The notes under the pieces were generated by a model. It saw only the letters and a program-made list of their open reading frames with translations. It did not search any database and was not told the origin of the DNA. The translations under genes were made by a program, and so were the position numbers. Source: Candidatus Latescibacterota bacterium (lineage in GTDB: Bacteria > Latescibacterota > UBA2968 > UBA8231). From it: DNA of 64,000 bases. Below, piece by piece: positions 20,580 to 30,355 of this stretch. The DNA lies in the NCBI GenBank assembly GCA_965221775.1, contig CBDCSU010000004.1, forward strand, positions 1,088,001-1,152,000, read 5' to 3'. Position 1 is the first letter of the stretch. Each line of letters starts with the position of its first letter.

Positions 20580-22364
20580 TCAGTCCGCGTACTCCACCGG
20601 CACCACGCTCTCCTCGATCCGCTGGAGCAGCGCCGCCAGCTCTTCCTGAACGCGGGCGGCGGCCTCGGCCACGGGCACCTCTTCGCCCCGGCCGCTGGCG
20701 CCGCGCAGCTTGACCTCGAGGGTCCCCTTCTTCAACCCGCGGTCGCCGACGGTGACCCGCACCGGACAGCCGATGAGGTCGGCGTCGTTGAACTTGACGC
20801 CGGGGTTCTCGGGGCGGTCGTCGTAGAGGACCTCGACACCGGCCGAGGTCAGATCCCCGTAGAGGGCCTCGGCGGCGGCCTGGACCGGCCCCTCGCCCTT
20901 GGCCAGGGAGACGAGGTGCACCTGGTACGGGGCGACGGTCACCGGCAGGGAGAGACCGTTGTCGTCGTGGTGCTCCTCGGCGACGCAGGCCAGCAGCCGG
21001 CCCACGCCGATGCCGTAGGAGCCCATGATGACCGGCCGCTCCCGGCCCTGCTCGTCGAGGAAGGAGGCCCCCAGGGCGTCGCTGTAGCGGGTGCCGAGCT
21101 GGAAGATGTTGCCCACCTCGACGCCGCGGGCGATGCGCAGGGGGGCGCCGCAGACGGGGCAGGCGTGGCCGGCCTCGGCGAGGGCGATGTCGTCGACGAT
21201 GTCGGCCTCCCAGTCGCGGCCGTGGTTGACGTTGCGCACGTGGTACCCGGCCTCGTTGGCGCCGGAGACCAGGTTCGGCGACGAGACCACCGAGTCGTCG
21301 GCCACCACGAGGGTATCCCCCTCCAGCCCCATGGGGGAGGCATACCCCGGGACCGCCCCGGCGGCGGCGATCTCCTCGTCGTGGGCCGGTCTCAGCGCCA
21401 GGGCGCCGGCGGCGTTGGCGAGCTTGACCTCGTTGACCTCGAGGTCGCCGCGGATCACGGCGAGGACGAGGCGTTCCGAGGCTTCCCCGCCGGCCTCGGG
21501 GGCCTTGAAGCGGCCCACGAGAAAGACCGCCTTCGCCGTGCGGCTCGCGGGGACGTCGAGGAAGGCGGCCAGCTCGGCGATCGTCGCCGCCCCCGGGGTG
21601 GCCACCCTCTCCAGGGGCGCCGGCTCCTCGGCGGCCGCCTCCGCCTTGGCGAAGCGGGCGACCTCGGTGTTGGCCGCGTACCCGCAGGCGTCGCACAGGG
21701 CCAGGGTGTTCTCCCCCACCTCGTTGAGGTACATGAACTCGTGGGCCGCGGAGCCGCCCATCATGCCCACGTCGGAGCGCACCGCCCGCACCGGCAGCCC
21801 GCAGCGGCGGAAGATGTCGAAGTAGGCCTGGTAGTGGGCCCGGTACTGGGCCTCCAGCCCCTCCTGGGCGGCGTCGAGGGAGTACGAGTCCTTCATGGTG
21901 AACTCGCGCACCCGCAGCAGGCCGGAGGTAGGCCGCGCCTCGTCGCGCCACTTGGTCTGGAAGTGGTAGACCATGGCGGGCAGCTGCCGGTACGAGCGGA
22001 TCTCGCGGCTGGCCAGGTCGGCGACGATCTCCTCGTGGGTGGTGGCCAGCACCATGTCGCGGCCGTGGCGGTCGTGGAAGCGGGTGAGGGACTCGTCGTA
22101 CTCCTCGTAGCGGCCCGAGGCCTTCCAGACGTCGGCGGCGTGGACCACGGGCATCTTGATCTCCTGGCCACCGATGGCGTCCATCGCGCCGCGGATGATC
22201 CCCTCGATCTTGCCCAGGGCCCTGTGGGCCAGGGGCAGGTAGCTGAAGATGCCGCTGGCGAGCTGGCGGATGTACCCCGCCCGCAGCAGCAGGACGTGGC
22301 TGGCCACCTGGGCGTCGGCCGGGGCCTCGCGCAGGGTCTGGCTGAAGAGACGGGTCATGCGCAT
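20580..22364 (-). CDS. proS: Proline--tRNA ligase (bacterial type with INS editing domain)
   Basis: 'SHVLLLRAGYIRQLASGIFSYLP', 'GLLRVREFTMKDSYS', 'GVEVGNIFQLG', 'MGSYGIGVGR'. Confidence 0.97.
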   Translation of the reverse strand: MRMTRLFSQTLREAPADAQVASHVLLLRAGYIRQLASGIFSYLPLAHRALGKIEGIIRGAMDAIGGQEIKMPVVHAADVWKASGRYEEYDESLTRFHDRHGRDMVLATTHEEIVADLASREIRSYRQLPAMVYHFQTKWRDEARPTSGLLRVREFTMKDSYSLDAAQEGLEAQYRAHYQAYFDIFRRCGLPVRAVRSDVGMMGGSAAHEFMYLNEVGENTLALCDACGYAANTEVARFAKAEAAAEEPAPLERVATPGAATIAELAAFLDVPASRTAKAVFLVGRFKAPEAGGEASERLVLAVIRGDLEVNEVKLANAAGALALRPAHDEEIAAAGAVPGYASPMGLEGDTLVVADDSVVSSPNLVSGANEAGYHVRNVNHGRDWEADIVDDIALAEAGHACPVCGAPLRIARGVEVGNIFQLGTRYSDALGASFLDEQGRERPVIMGSYGIGVGRLLACVAEEHHDDNGLSLPVTVAPYQVHLVSLAKGEGPVQAAAEALYGDLTSAGVEVLYDDRPENPGVKFNDADLIGCPVRVTVGDRGLKKGTLEVKLRGASGRGEEVPVAEAAARVQEELAALLQRIEESVVPVEYAD

Positions 22365-22380
22365 CGGTATCGGATCTCCT

Positions 22381-23073
22381 TCAGGTTCGGGCCGCCTCGT
22401 GCTTCACCAGCGAGCCCATGGCCCGGTACATCACCCACAGGGACAGGCACACCCAGGCGCCGGCGATGGGGTAGGCCAGCCACGGCAGGCCGAGGTAGGA
22501 GGCCAGGATGCCGGCGTCGGTGCGCTCGGCGAAGAGCCACAGGTCGGTGCGGAAGTCGTGGAGGCTGTATAGGCAGAGCATCACCCCCAGCCACACGGCG
22601 CCCGCCGCCCCGGCCCGGGCCGAGTACACGGCCGTGCACATGATCGCCAGACCGCCGCCGAGGCCGAGGCCGAAGTCGAGGCCGCCCGCGGGGGTGAAGG
22701 CCAGGGTCAAGCCGAGGGTCGCGGCGCCGACGAGGAGCAGGGCCAGCCGCTGCAGTTGCGGCAGCACCCCCGACCAGATCAGGCCGGCGCCGAGCAGGGC
22801 GGAGCCCACGTACCCGGCCGACACGATGAGAATCGGCCAGCCTCCCCGGGAGAGGGTGTAGCCGTGCTCGGCCCAGGCGGTGCGCATCTCCAGGACCTCC
22901 CCTCCCGTGACCAGGGCGGCGGCGGCGTGGCACATCTCGTGGACCATGACGACGAAGACGCGGAAGGGCTTGATCCAGACGGTATCCCACAGCAGCAGGG
23001 CGGCAGCGGCACAGGCGAGGTGAAAGCGGAAACGCCACAGGATCCGGGCCTGGCGGTGCAGCCCCTTCCACAC
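22381..23073 (-). CDS. M50B-like membrane metallopeptidase
   Basis: 'VMVHEMCHAAAALVTGG' HExxH, 'SAGYVGS', 'TDA'; GTG start 5 nt after thrS stop. Confidence 0.85.
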   Translation of the reverse strand: MWKGLHRQARILWRFRFHLACAAAALLLWDTVWIKPFRVFVVMVHEMCHAAAALVTGGEVLEMRTAWAEHGYTLSRGGWPILIVSAGYVGSALLGAGLIWSGVLPQLQRLALLLVGAATLGLTLAFTPAGGLDFGLGLGGGLAIMCTAVYSARAGAAGAVWLGVMLCLYSLHDFRTDLWLFAERTDAGILASYLGLPWLAYPIAGAWVCLSLWVMYRAMGSLVKHEAART

Positions 23074-23078
23074 GGAGG

Positions 23079-25001
23079 CTATTCCGGCGCCCGCGAGGCG
23101 ATGCGGCCGGCGATGAGGGCCACCGCCTCGTCCACCGCCATGGGATCGAGGTTCTCGCCGCTGCGCAGACGCACGGCCGCCTTCCCGTCCTCGACCTCGC
23201 GGTCGCCGAGGATCAGCATGTGCGGGACCTTCTGCTTCTGGGCGGCGCGGATGCGGTAGTTCAGGCTCTGGTCGGCCTGCAGCTCGACACGAACGCCGGC
23301 TACAGTCAGGGCCTGGCGGACCGTTTCCGCGTACTCCCCGTGGCGCTCGGCGATGGGCAGGACCACCGCCTGCACCGGCGCCAGCCACGTGGGGAAGGCG
23401 CCGGCGTAGTGCTCGATCAGGAAGCCGATGGTGCGCTCGTGGGTCCCCAGCGGCGCCCGGTGGATGCAGATCGGCGTCTCCTCCGTGCCCTCGGCACTGG
23501 TGTAGACGAGACCGTAGCGGTCCGGCACCGCGAAGTCGACCTGGTTGGTGGCGATCGAGAACTCGCGGCCGATGGCGCTCCACACCTCGACGTCGATCTT
23601 GGGGCCGTAGAAGGCCGCCTCCCCGGCGACCTCGACGTGGTTGATGCCGCCCTTGGCCAGGGCGCGCCGCACCCTCTCCTCGGTCTCGAGCCACAGCTCC
23701 GGCTCGTCGACGTACTTCTTTCCGAGGTCCGCCGGGTCGTGGGTGCTGAGGCGCATGACGTACTTGTCGATGCCGAAGAGGTCGAAGTAGCCGAGGTACA
23801 TGCGGCAGACGGCGAGGAACTCCTCCTCGAACTGATCCAGCGTGCAGTAGATGTGGGCGTCGTTCATCTGCATCGAGCGCACCCGCATCAGGCCGAAGAG
23901 CTCCCCCGACTGCTCGTAGCGGTAGCAGGTCCCGTACTCGGCCAGGCGCAGCGGCAGGTCGCGGTAGCTGCGCGGCTGCGAGGCGAACACCTTGTGGTGG
24001 TGGGGGCAGTTCATCGGCTTGAGGTAGTACTTCACCCCCTCCATCTCCATGGGCGGGAACATCGACTCGGTGTAGTAGGGCAGGTGGCCGCTGCGCACGA
24101 ACATCGAGTCCTTGCAGATGTGGGGGGTGCGCACCTGCAGGTACCCCGCATCGCGCTCGGTCTCCTTTGCCAGCCGTTCCAGCTCCTCGATGAGGACCGT
24201 CCCCTTCGGCTGCCACAGGGGCAGGCCGGGACCGACCTCGTCATCGAAGAAGAACAGCTCCAGCTCTCTCCCGAGGCGGCGGTGGTCCCGCTTCTTCGCC
24301 TCCTCGAGCATGCGCAGGTGGCCGTCGAGGGCCTCGCGGCCGGCGAAGGCGGTGCCGTAGATGCGCTGCAGCATCTTGTTGCCCTCGTCGCCGCGCCAGT
24401 AGGCGCCGGCCACGCTGAGCAGCTTGTAGTGGCGGACCTGCCCCGTGCTCAGCACGTGGGGTCCGCGGCAGAGGTCGACGAAGTCGCCGTCGCGGTAGAA
24501 GGTGAGGGACTCGCCGTCCTCCAGCTCGTCGAGGATCTCCAGCTTGTAGGGCTCGTCCCGCAGGCGCAGGAGAGCCTCGTCGCGGCTCACCTCCTCGCGC
24601 TCGAAGCGGTGGTTCTGGCGGACCACCCGCTTCATCTCCTTCTCGATGCGCGTCAGGTCCTCGGTGCTGAAGGGCTCGGGCACGTCGAAGTCGTAGTAGA
24701 ACCCGTCGTCGATCGCCGGTCCGATGGCCAGCCGCGCCTCGGGGAAGAGGCGCCGCACCGCCTGGGCCATCACGTGGGACAGGCTGTGGCGGTAGACCCA
24801 CGCCGCCTCGTCGGCCTCCCAGGGGACCAGCTCGACCTCGGCGGACGGCTCCAGGGGCGTGTGGAAGTCGACCCACTCGCCGTCGCGGCGGGCGGCGACG
24901 AACTCCCGCAGCAGCTTGCGGTCGTGCGCGAGGAGGATCTCCTTGAGGTTGCCGCCCCCCTCGTGCTCCAGCACCTCCTGTTCGCGGATCCGGATCTTCA
25001 C
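23079..25001 (-). CDS. thrS: Threonine--tRNA ligase
   Basis: 'YRHSLSHVMAQA', 'DLCRGPHV', 'RDHRRLG', 'LKPMNCPHH', 'AAFYGPKID', 'IHRAPLGTHER'. Confidence 0.97.
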   Translation of the reverse strand: MKIRIREQEVLEHEGGGNLKEILLAHDRKLLREFVAARRDGEWVDFHTPLEPSAEVELVPWEADEAAWVYRHSLSHVMAQAVRRLFPEARLAIGPAIDDGFYYDFDVPEPFSTEDLTRIEKEMKRVVRQNHRFEREEVSRDEALLRLRDEPYKLEILDELEDGESLTFYRDGDFVDLCRGPHVLSTGQVRHYKLLSVAGAYWRGDEGNKMLQRIYGTAFAGREALDGHLRMLEEAKKRDHRRLGRELELFFFDDEVGPGLPLWQPKGTVLIEELERLAKETERDAGYLQVRTPHICKDSMFVRSGHLPYYTESMFPPMEMEGVKYYLKPMNCPHHHKVFASQPRSYRDLPLRLAEYGTCYRYEQSGELFGLMRVRSMQMNDAHIYCTLDQFEEEFLAVCRMYLGYFDLFGIDKYVMRLSTHDPADLGKKYVDEPELWLETEERVRRALAKGGINHVEVAGEAAFYGPKIDVEVWSAIGREFSIATNQVDFAVPDRYGLVYTSAEGTEETPICIHRAPLGTHERTIGFLIEHYAGAFPTWLAPVQAVVLPIAERHGEYAETVRQALTVAGVRVELQADQSLNYRIRAAQKQKVPHMLILGDREVEDGKAAVRLRSGENLDPMAVDEAVALIAGRIASRAPE

Positions 25002-25024
25002 ACCTGGCTCCTGTGGGTCATGAG

Positions 25025-25059
25025 AAAAGCCCGCTGTCGATCGGTCTCGACAGCGGGCT
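25025..25059 (-). terminator. Attenuator intrinsic terminator upstream of thrS
   Basis: Minus strand AGCCCGCTGTCGA-GACCGA-TCGACAGCGGGCT (perfect 13-bp stem) followed by TTTCTCA, 24 nt before thrS GTG. Confidence 0.85.
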
Positions 25060-25088
25060 CTCTCGGAAAATCTTCGGTCGGGAATCGC

Positions 25089-25208
25089 TTATCCCGGTGG
25101 GGCCGCCGTCGAATGTCGGTCACGGGTACCCGTGACGGGTGTGGTCGTCCCGGGGGTGGTGGTCTCGCGGCGCGATGCTTCGTCCGCCGTCGTCTTCTCC
25201 CGGGACAT
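25089..25208 (-). CDS. Thr-rich leader peptide (attenuator) of thrS operon
   Basis: MSREKTTADEASRRETTTPGTTTPVTGTRDRHSTAAPPG*; 11 Thr of 39 aa; SD GAAGGAG 8 nt upstream of ATG. Confidence 0.85.
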   Translation of the reverse strand: MSREKTTADEASRRETTTPGTTTPVTGTRDRHSTAAPPG

Positions 25209-25245
25209 GCAGGTGGCTCCTTCGGTCATGGCTGCGATGCGATCT

Positions 25246-25274
25246 AGTATGCCGCCCCTGCCGGGGAATGTCAA
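25246..25274 (-). promoter_or_regulatory. Sigma70-type promoter for leader-thrS operon
   Basis: TTGACA (25274-25269), 17 nt, CATACT (25251-25246). Confidence 0.8.
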
Positions 25275-25278
25275 ACAC

Positions 25279-25727
25279 TCACTCCACGACAAGGACCGGG
25301 TCGCCGAGCCGGATGAGGCCGCTGCGCTCCACCGGGCCGAAGACGCCGCCGCGCATCTGGAGTCTCAGCGCTTCCTGCAGACCGGCGCGCTGCAGGTCCA
25401 TCCCTTCGCAGGGCACCGTCTCGCCGCGCACGACCACCTCGGCGGCGCCGATGCGCAGCCGGCGGCCGACGAGGGAGCCCAGGTCGAGGCCGCGGACCAC
25501 GAGGTTGGCGCGCCTCGCCCGCGGCGGCAGGCCGGCGCCCATCAGGGCCATCGCCTGCTCCCAGGCCTCGATGGAGAGCAGGGTGACGGCGCGCGACGGG
25601 TTGCGGCGGTGATCCCCCGCCAGCCCGACGCCAGCGACGGCGACCGCCTCCCCGCACTCCCGGGCCGGCCCCCGGCGCTCGGGGTAGACGAGGATCTCCT
25701 CCACCCGGCCCTCCGGGGGCGGTCCGC

Positions 25728-25731
<4 letters not shown>
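25279..25731 (-). CDS. MOSC-domain protein
   Basis: 'GLAGDHR', 'RAVTLLS', 'RRANLVVRG', 'ETVPCEGMD', 'GGVFGPVERSGLIRLGD'; GTGA overlap with upstream stop. Confidence 0.85.
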
Positions 25732-27362
<1,631 letters not shown>

Positions 27363-27406
27363 GCCTCTCCTTGGATTCGCTGATTCGGCGGGGCGACCGC
27401 TTCACC

Positions 27407-28964
27407 TCACCAGCCGACGATCCCGTCCTCGATCCGCGCCAGCGCTCCCAGGAGCTGCCGCGCCCGGGGCGGGGACAGGCCGGCCTCGCCGGCGGCCTTG
27501 CGCAACAGCTCGTCGGAGGTCGTCTCCCGCCGCTCCTCGAAGATCCTGCGGCTGCGCGAGCCGAGGTCCTCCACGAAGGCCCGCACGGCTCCGGCCTCCA
27601 GATCGAGGCTCTCGGCGGCCCGGGCGTACCAGGCCAGGGCCTCCTCGTCCCCCCGGCCTTCCAGGTTCCTCAACAGGTCCACCAGGAACCGCCGCGCCTC
27701 GATGCGGCCGCCGCCGGCGGCGTCGGCCATGTCGACGACGAGGATGTCGACGCGGACGCTGAGCTTGCCGACGACGATGCGCCGCAGGTGCCGGCGCAGG
27801 ACCGTGTAGTAGGAGTCGACCTGGGCCTCCGAGAGGCCGGGGCTGCGCTCCAGCCGGCGGATCCAGTCCGGCGCCCGGGAGGCGGCCCGGCGGGCCAGGA
27901 GCTGGCGGTTCAGGCGCGCCCGCAGCGACACCTGTCCGCCGTCCTGGCCGCCGGCGGGGGCGACGGTCCCGCCGGCGCTCGGGGGCGCGGCGCCCCGGCG
28001 CCGGAGGCTGCCGGGGGCCGGGGGCCGTGGCCGCCGCGGCGCCCTGAGAGGATGCGGCCGCAGACCGGGACCGGGTGGAGGGCGCCGCCGGGGGGGGTGT
28101 GGCCGCCGCCGTGCCGGCCGCCGCCGCATCCTCCGCTTCGATCCGCCGCGAGCGTTCGATCGCCTGCCGCACCCGCGGGTCGAGGCCTGCCTCGGCGGCG
28201 ACCGCCACCGGTCTCTTCATGACCTTGTCCTCGGGAGTCGGACGCGGGCGCAGGCCCTCCGGACGGCCGCGCAGCACCAGCGGCCCCTGCCACCAGATCC
28301 AGCGGTCCCGGCCGCTGCCGATCTTGGCGCCCACCGCCCGGCCCGGCTGGTCGGCGTCGACGAACAGGAAGAGGGCGTCGAACTCGTCCCCGGGCTGCGG
28401 CCAGGCCCCGAGCCAGGTCCAGGGGATGGCCATCTCGAAGGTGCGCGCCCGGCCGCGGACCCGGGAGGCGACCTCCACCGGCGGGCGTTCCACCGGCGCC
28501 CGGCGCTGGCGCCCGCCCCACCAGTACGGGAGGGAGCCGCCGTCGCCGCCGCCGGGAGGGGCGAACCACAGGTTGTAGCCGGCGTCGGCCCCGGGCTCGC
28601 GCACGAAGAGCTTCATGTGGTCGTAGTAGAACATGCGGTCCTTGCGCTCGCCGGCGGGCCCGTGCCACTCGCGCTCGGCGGGCGGGACCCGGCCGGCGTC
28701 GAGGGTGTCGTCGTGGACCGCCGCGGCCACGTAGAGGTGGCGGGCGTCCCACTGCACGAGAACCACCGCCTCGTGGTCGAGAGCGTCGGCGAATACGCCG
28801 CGCAGCCCGACCCCGTCGGCGGCGGGCTCGACCGGGATCCAGGCGGCCTCCCCCCACTCGCGCAGGTCGCCGTCGAGGGCGACGGGACGCGACGGCAGCG
28901 GCACATCGACGGCCGTTGCCGGGGCCGCCAGCAGCAGCGCGAGGAGGGCGGCGGAGCGGTTCAG
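27407..28964 (-). pseudogene. Secreted CBM9/DOMON-like sugar-binding protein with helical C-terminus, frameshifted at ~27990-28100
   Basis: Frame A: signal peptide, 'VALDGDLREW', 'QWDARHLYVAAAVHDD', 'FEMAIPW'; sensible protein continues in the 27407-28129 frame ('SLRARLNRQLL...'); probable CTG start overlapping upstream TGA. Confidence 0.65.
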
Positions 28965-29491
28965 CCCGAGGCCTCCCGTCTGCGGGAGACGGCCCAGACC
29001 GCGTCGGGGTCGGCCATCTCCACCCGGTGCACGCCCTCGGGGAACCGGGACTGCAGGTTCGCGTAGCTGTGCTGCATCTCTTCGTCCGGGTAGACCCACT
29101 CGTGCAGGTAGTGGACGGAGGAGATCCGCGCCTGCAGCAGCTCCTTGGTGCAGCCGAAGCAGGGGCGCATCGTCGAGTAGAGGACGGCGCCCTCGGTGGC
29201 GATGCCGAAGCGCGCCGCCGCGAGCAGGGCGTTCTGCTCGGCGTGGACGCAGATGCAGATGTCGTAGGCCCGGCCCGAGACGAAGCGCTGGCGGTCGGCG
29301 CAGCGGACGCACCCCCCCTCGGTGCAGTTGGTCATGTTGGCCGGGGTGCCGTTGTACCCGGTGGAGATGATGCGGTCCTCGAGCACCAGGACCGCCCCGA
29401 TGCGGTTGCCGAGGCAGTCGGCGCGGGCCCTCACGGCCATGGCGATGCCCATGTAGTAGGCGGCGCGCTCCGGCCGGGCGTGGTCGCTCAC
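28961..29491 (-). CDS. dCMP deaminase family (ComEB-like)
   Basis: 'IISTGYNGTP', 'CVHAEQNA', 'RPCFGC' Zn motifs. Confidence 0.92.
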   Translation of the reverse strand: MSDHARPERAAYYMGIAMAVRARADCLGNRIGAVLVLEDRIISTGYNGTPANMTNCTEGGCVRCADRQRFVSGRAYDICICVHAEQNALLAAARFGIATEGAVLYSTMRPCFGCTKELLQARISSVHYLHEWVYPDEEMQHSYANLQSRFPEGVHRVEMADPDAVWAVSRRREASG

Positions 29492-29588
29492 CGGCCCGTC
29501 TCCGTCGTCATTTGCCGCGGCTCCGGTCCGGTCGGATACTTAGCTCCATCCTCTTTCACCTTCTCCTTCCCGCTCGAAGGAGGTGCCG

Positions 29589-29720
29589 TTGAACCCTCGC
29601 GAACAGCGGATCATGGCCGCCATCGGAGCGGTCGCCGCCATCTACTTCTTCGGATTCAACTCCGTCTACCTGTTCCTCATCGCCGGCGTCATCTACTACA
29701 TCCTGCGCAACCGCACCTGA
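29589..29720 (+). CDS. Small 43-aa membrane protein (not in ORF track)
   Basis: AAGGAGGT SD then TTG; MNPREQRIMAAIGAVAAIYFFGFNSVYLFLIAGVIYYILRNRT*; host-like C/G third positions. Confidence 0.75.
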   Translation: MNPREQRIMAAIGAVAAIYFFGFNSVYLFLIAGVIYYILRNRT

Positions 29721-29726
29721 CGGCGG

Positions 29727-30269
29727 TCACCCGGCGCCGTGCACATCCCGGACCTCGCCCCGCCGACGCGCCTCCAGGTGCCGGCGGATGCTCGTCAGCC
29801 GTTTCCCTCCCAACCCCTTCACCCCGTCCAGTCCGCCCGCCTCCAGCCGCCGTTCCAGGGCCTCGAGCCCGTCGATGCCCAGCTCCAGGAAGAGGGTGCG
29901 GGCCATCTTGGCGCCGAGACCGGGGATGTCGCGCAGCTCGAGGACCGACTCGGGCACCCGCCGCTTCCAGTCCTCCCACTTGCCGCAGGTCCCGGTGTCG
30001 ACCAGCTCGGTGAGCAGCGCCTGGATGGTGGGACCCACGCTCGGCAGCTCCTTCAGCCGGCCCTCGTGCCTCAGCCTCTCCAGCGACTCGGGCCAGCGGC
30101 TGACGGTGTACGACAGCCGCTTGTAGACCGTGGCGTGCGACTCCTCGTAGCCGCCGATGACGAGGTAGTCGGCCAGGCGTGAGAGCCGGTCGCCGATCCG
30201 CTCGTTCCGCTCCCAGCGGGTGCGCCCCTTGCCGTCGGTGCGCGAACGGTCCGACGCCTCGACGCTCAC
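29727..30269 (-). CDS. Stand-alone helix-hairpin-helix protein resembling the DNA polymerase X N-terminus
   Basis: 'NERIGDRLSRLADYL', 'LKELPSVGPTI', 'LRDIPGLGAKMARTLFLELGI', 'LDGVKGLGGKR'; no palm or PHP domain. Confidence 0.8.
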   Translation of the reverse strand: MSVEASDRSRTDGKGRTRWERNERIGDRLSRLADYLVIGGYEESHATVYKRLSYTVSRWPESLERLRHEGRLKELPSVGPTIQALLTELVDTGTCGKWEDWKRRVPESVLELRDIPGLGAKMARTLFLELGIDGLEALERRLEAGGLDGVKGLGGKRLTSIRRHLEARRRGEVRDVHGAG

Positions 30270-30355
30270 CGCCCTGCCTCCAGAAGCACCCGCCTGCCGG
30301 TCGTGTCCGCCATCGTCGTCACCGATTCGAGAAGATACGCACTGCGGGACGGGAC

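Noticed and set aside
25002-25245. T-box riboswitch upstream of thrS
   Set aside because: No T-box consensus (AAGGGTGGxACC-like) seen; the leader peptide with SD explains the structure
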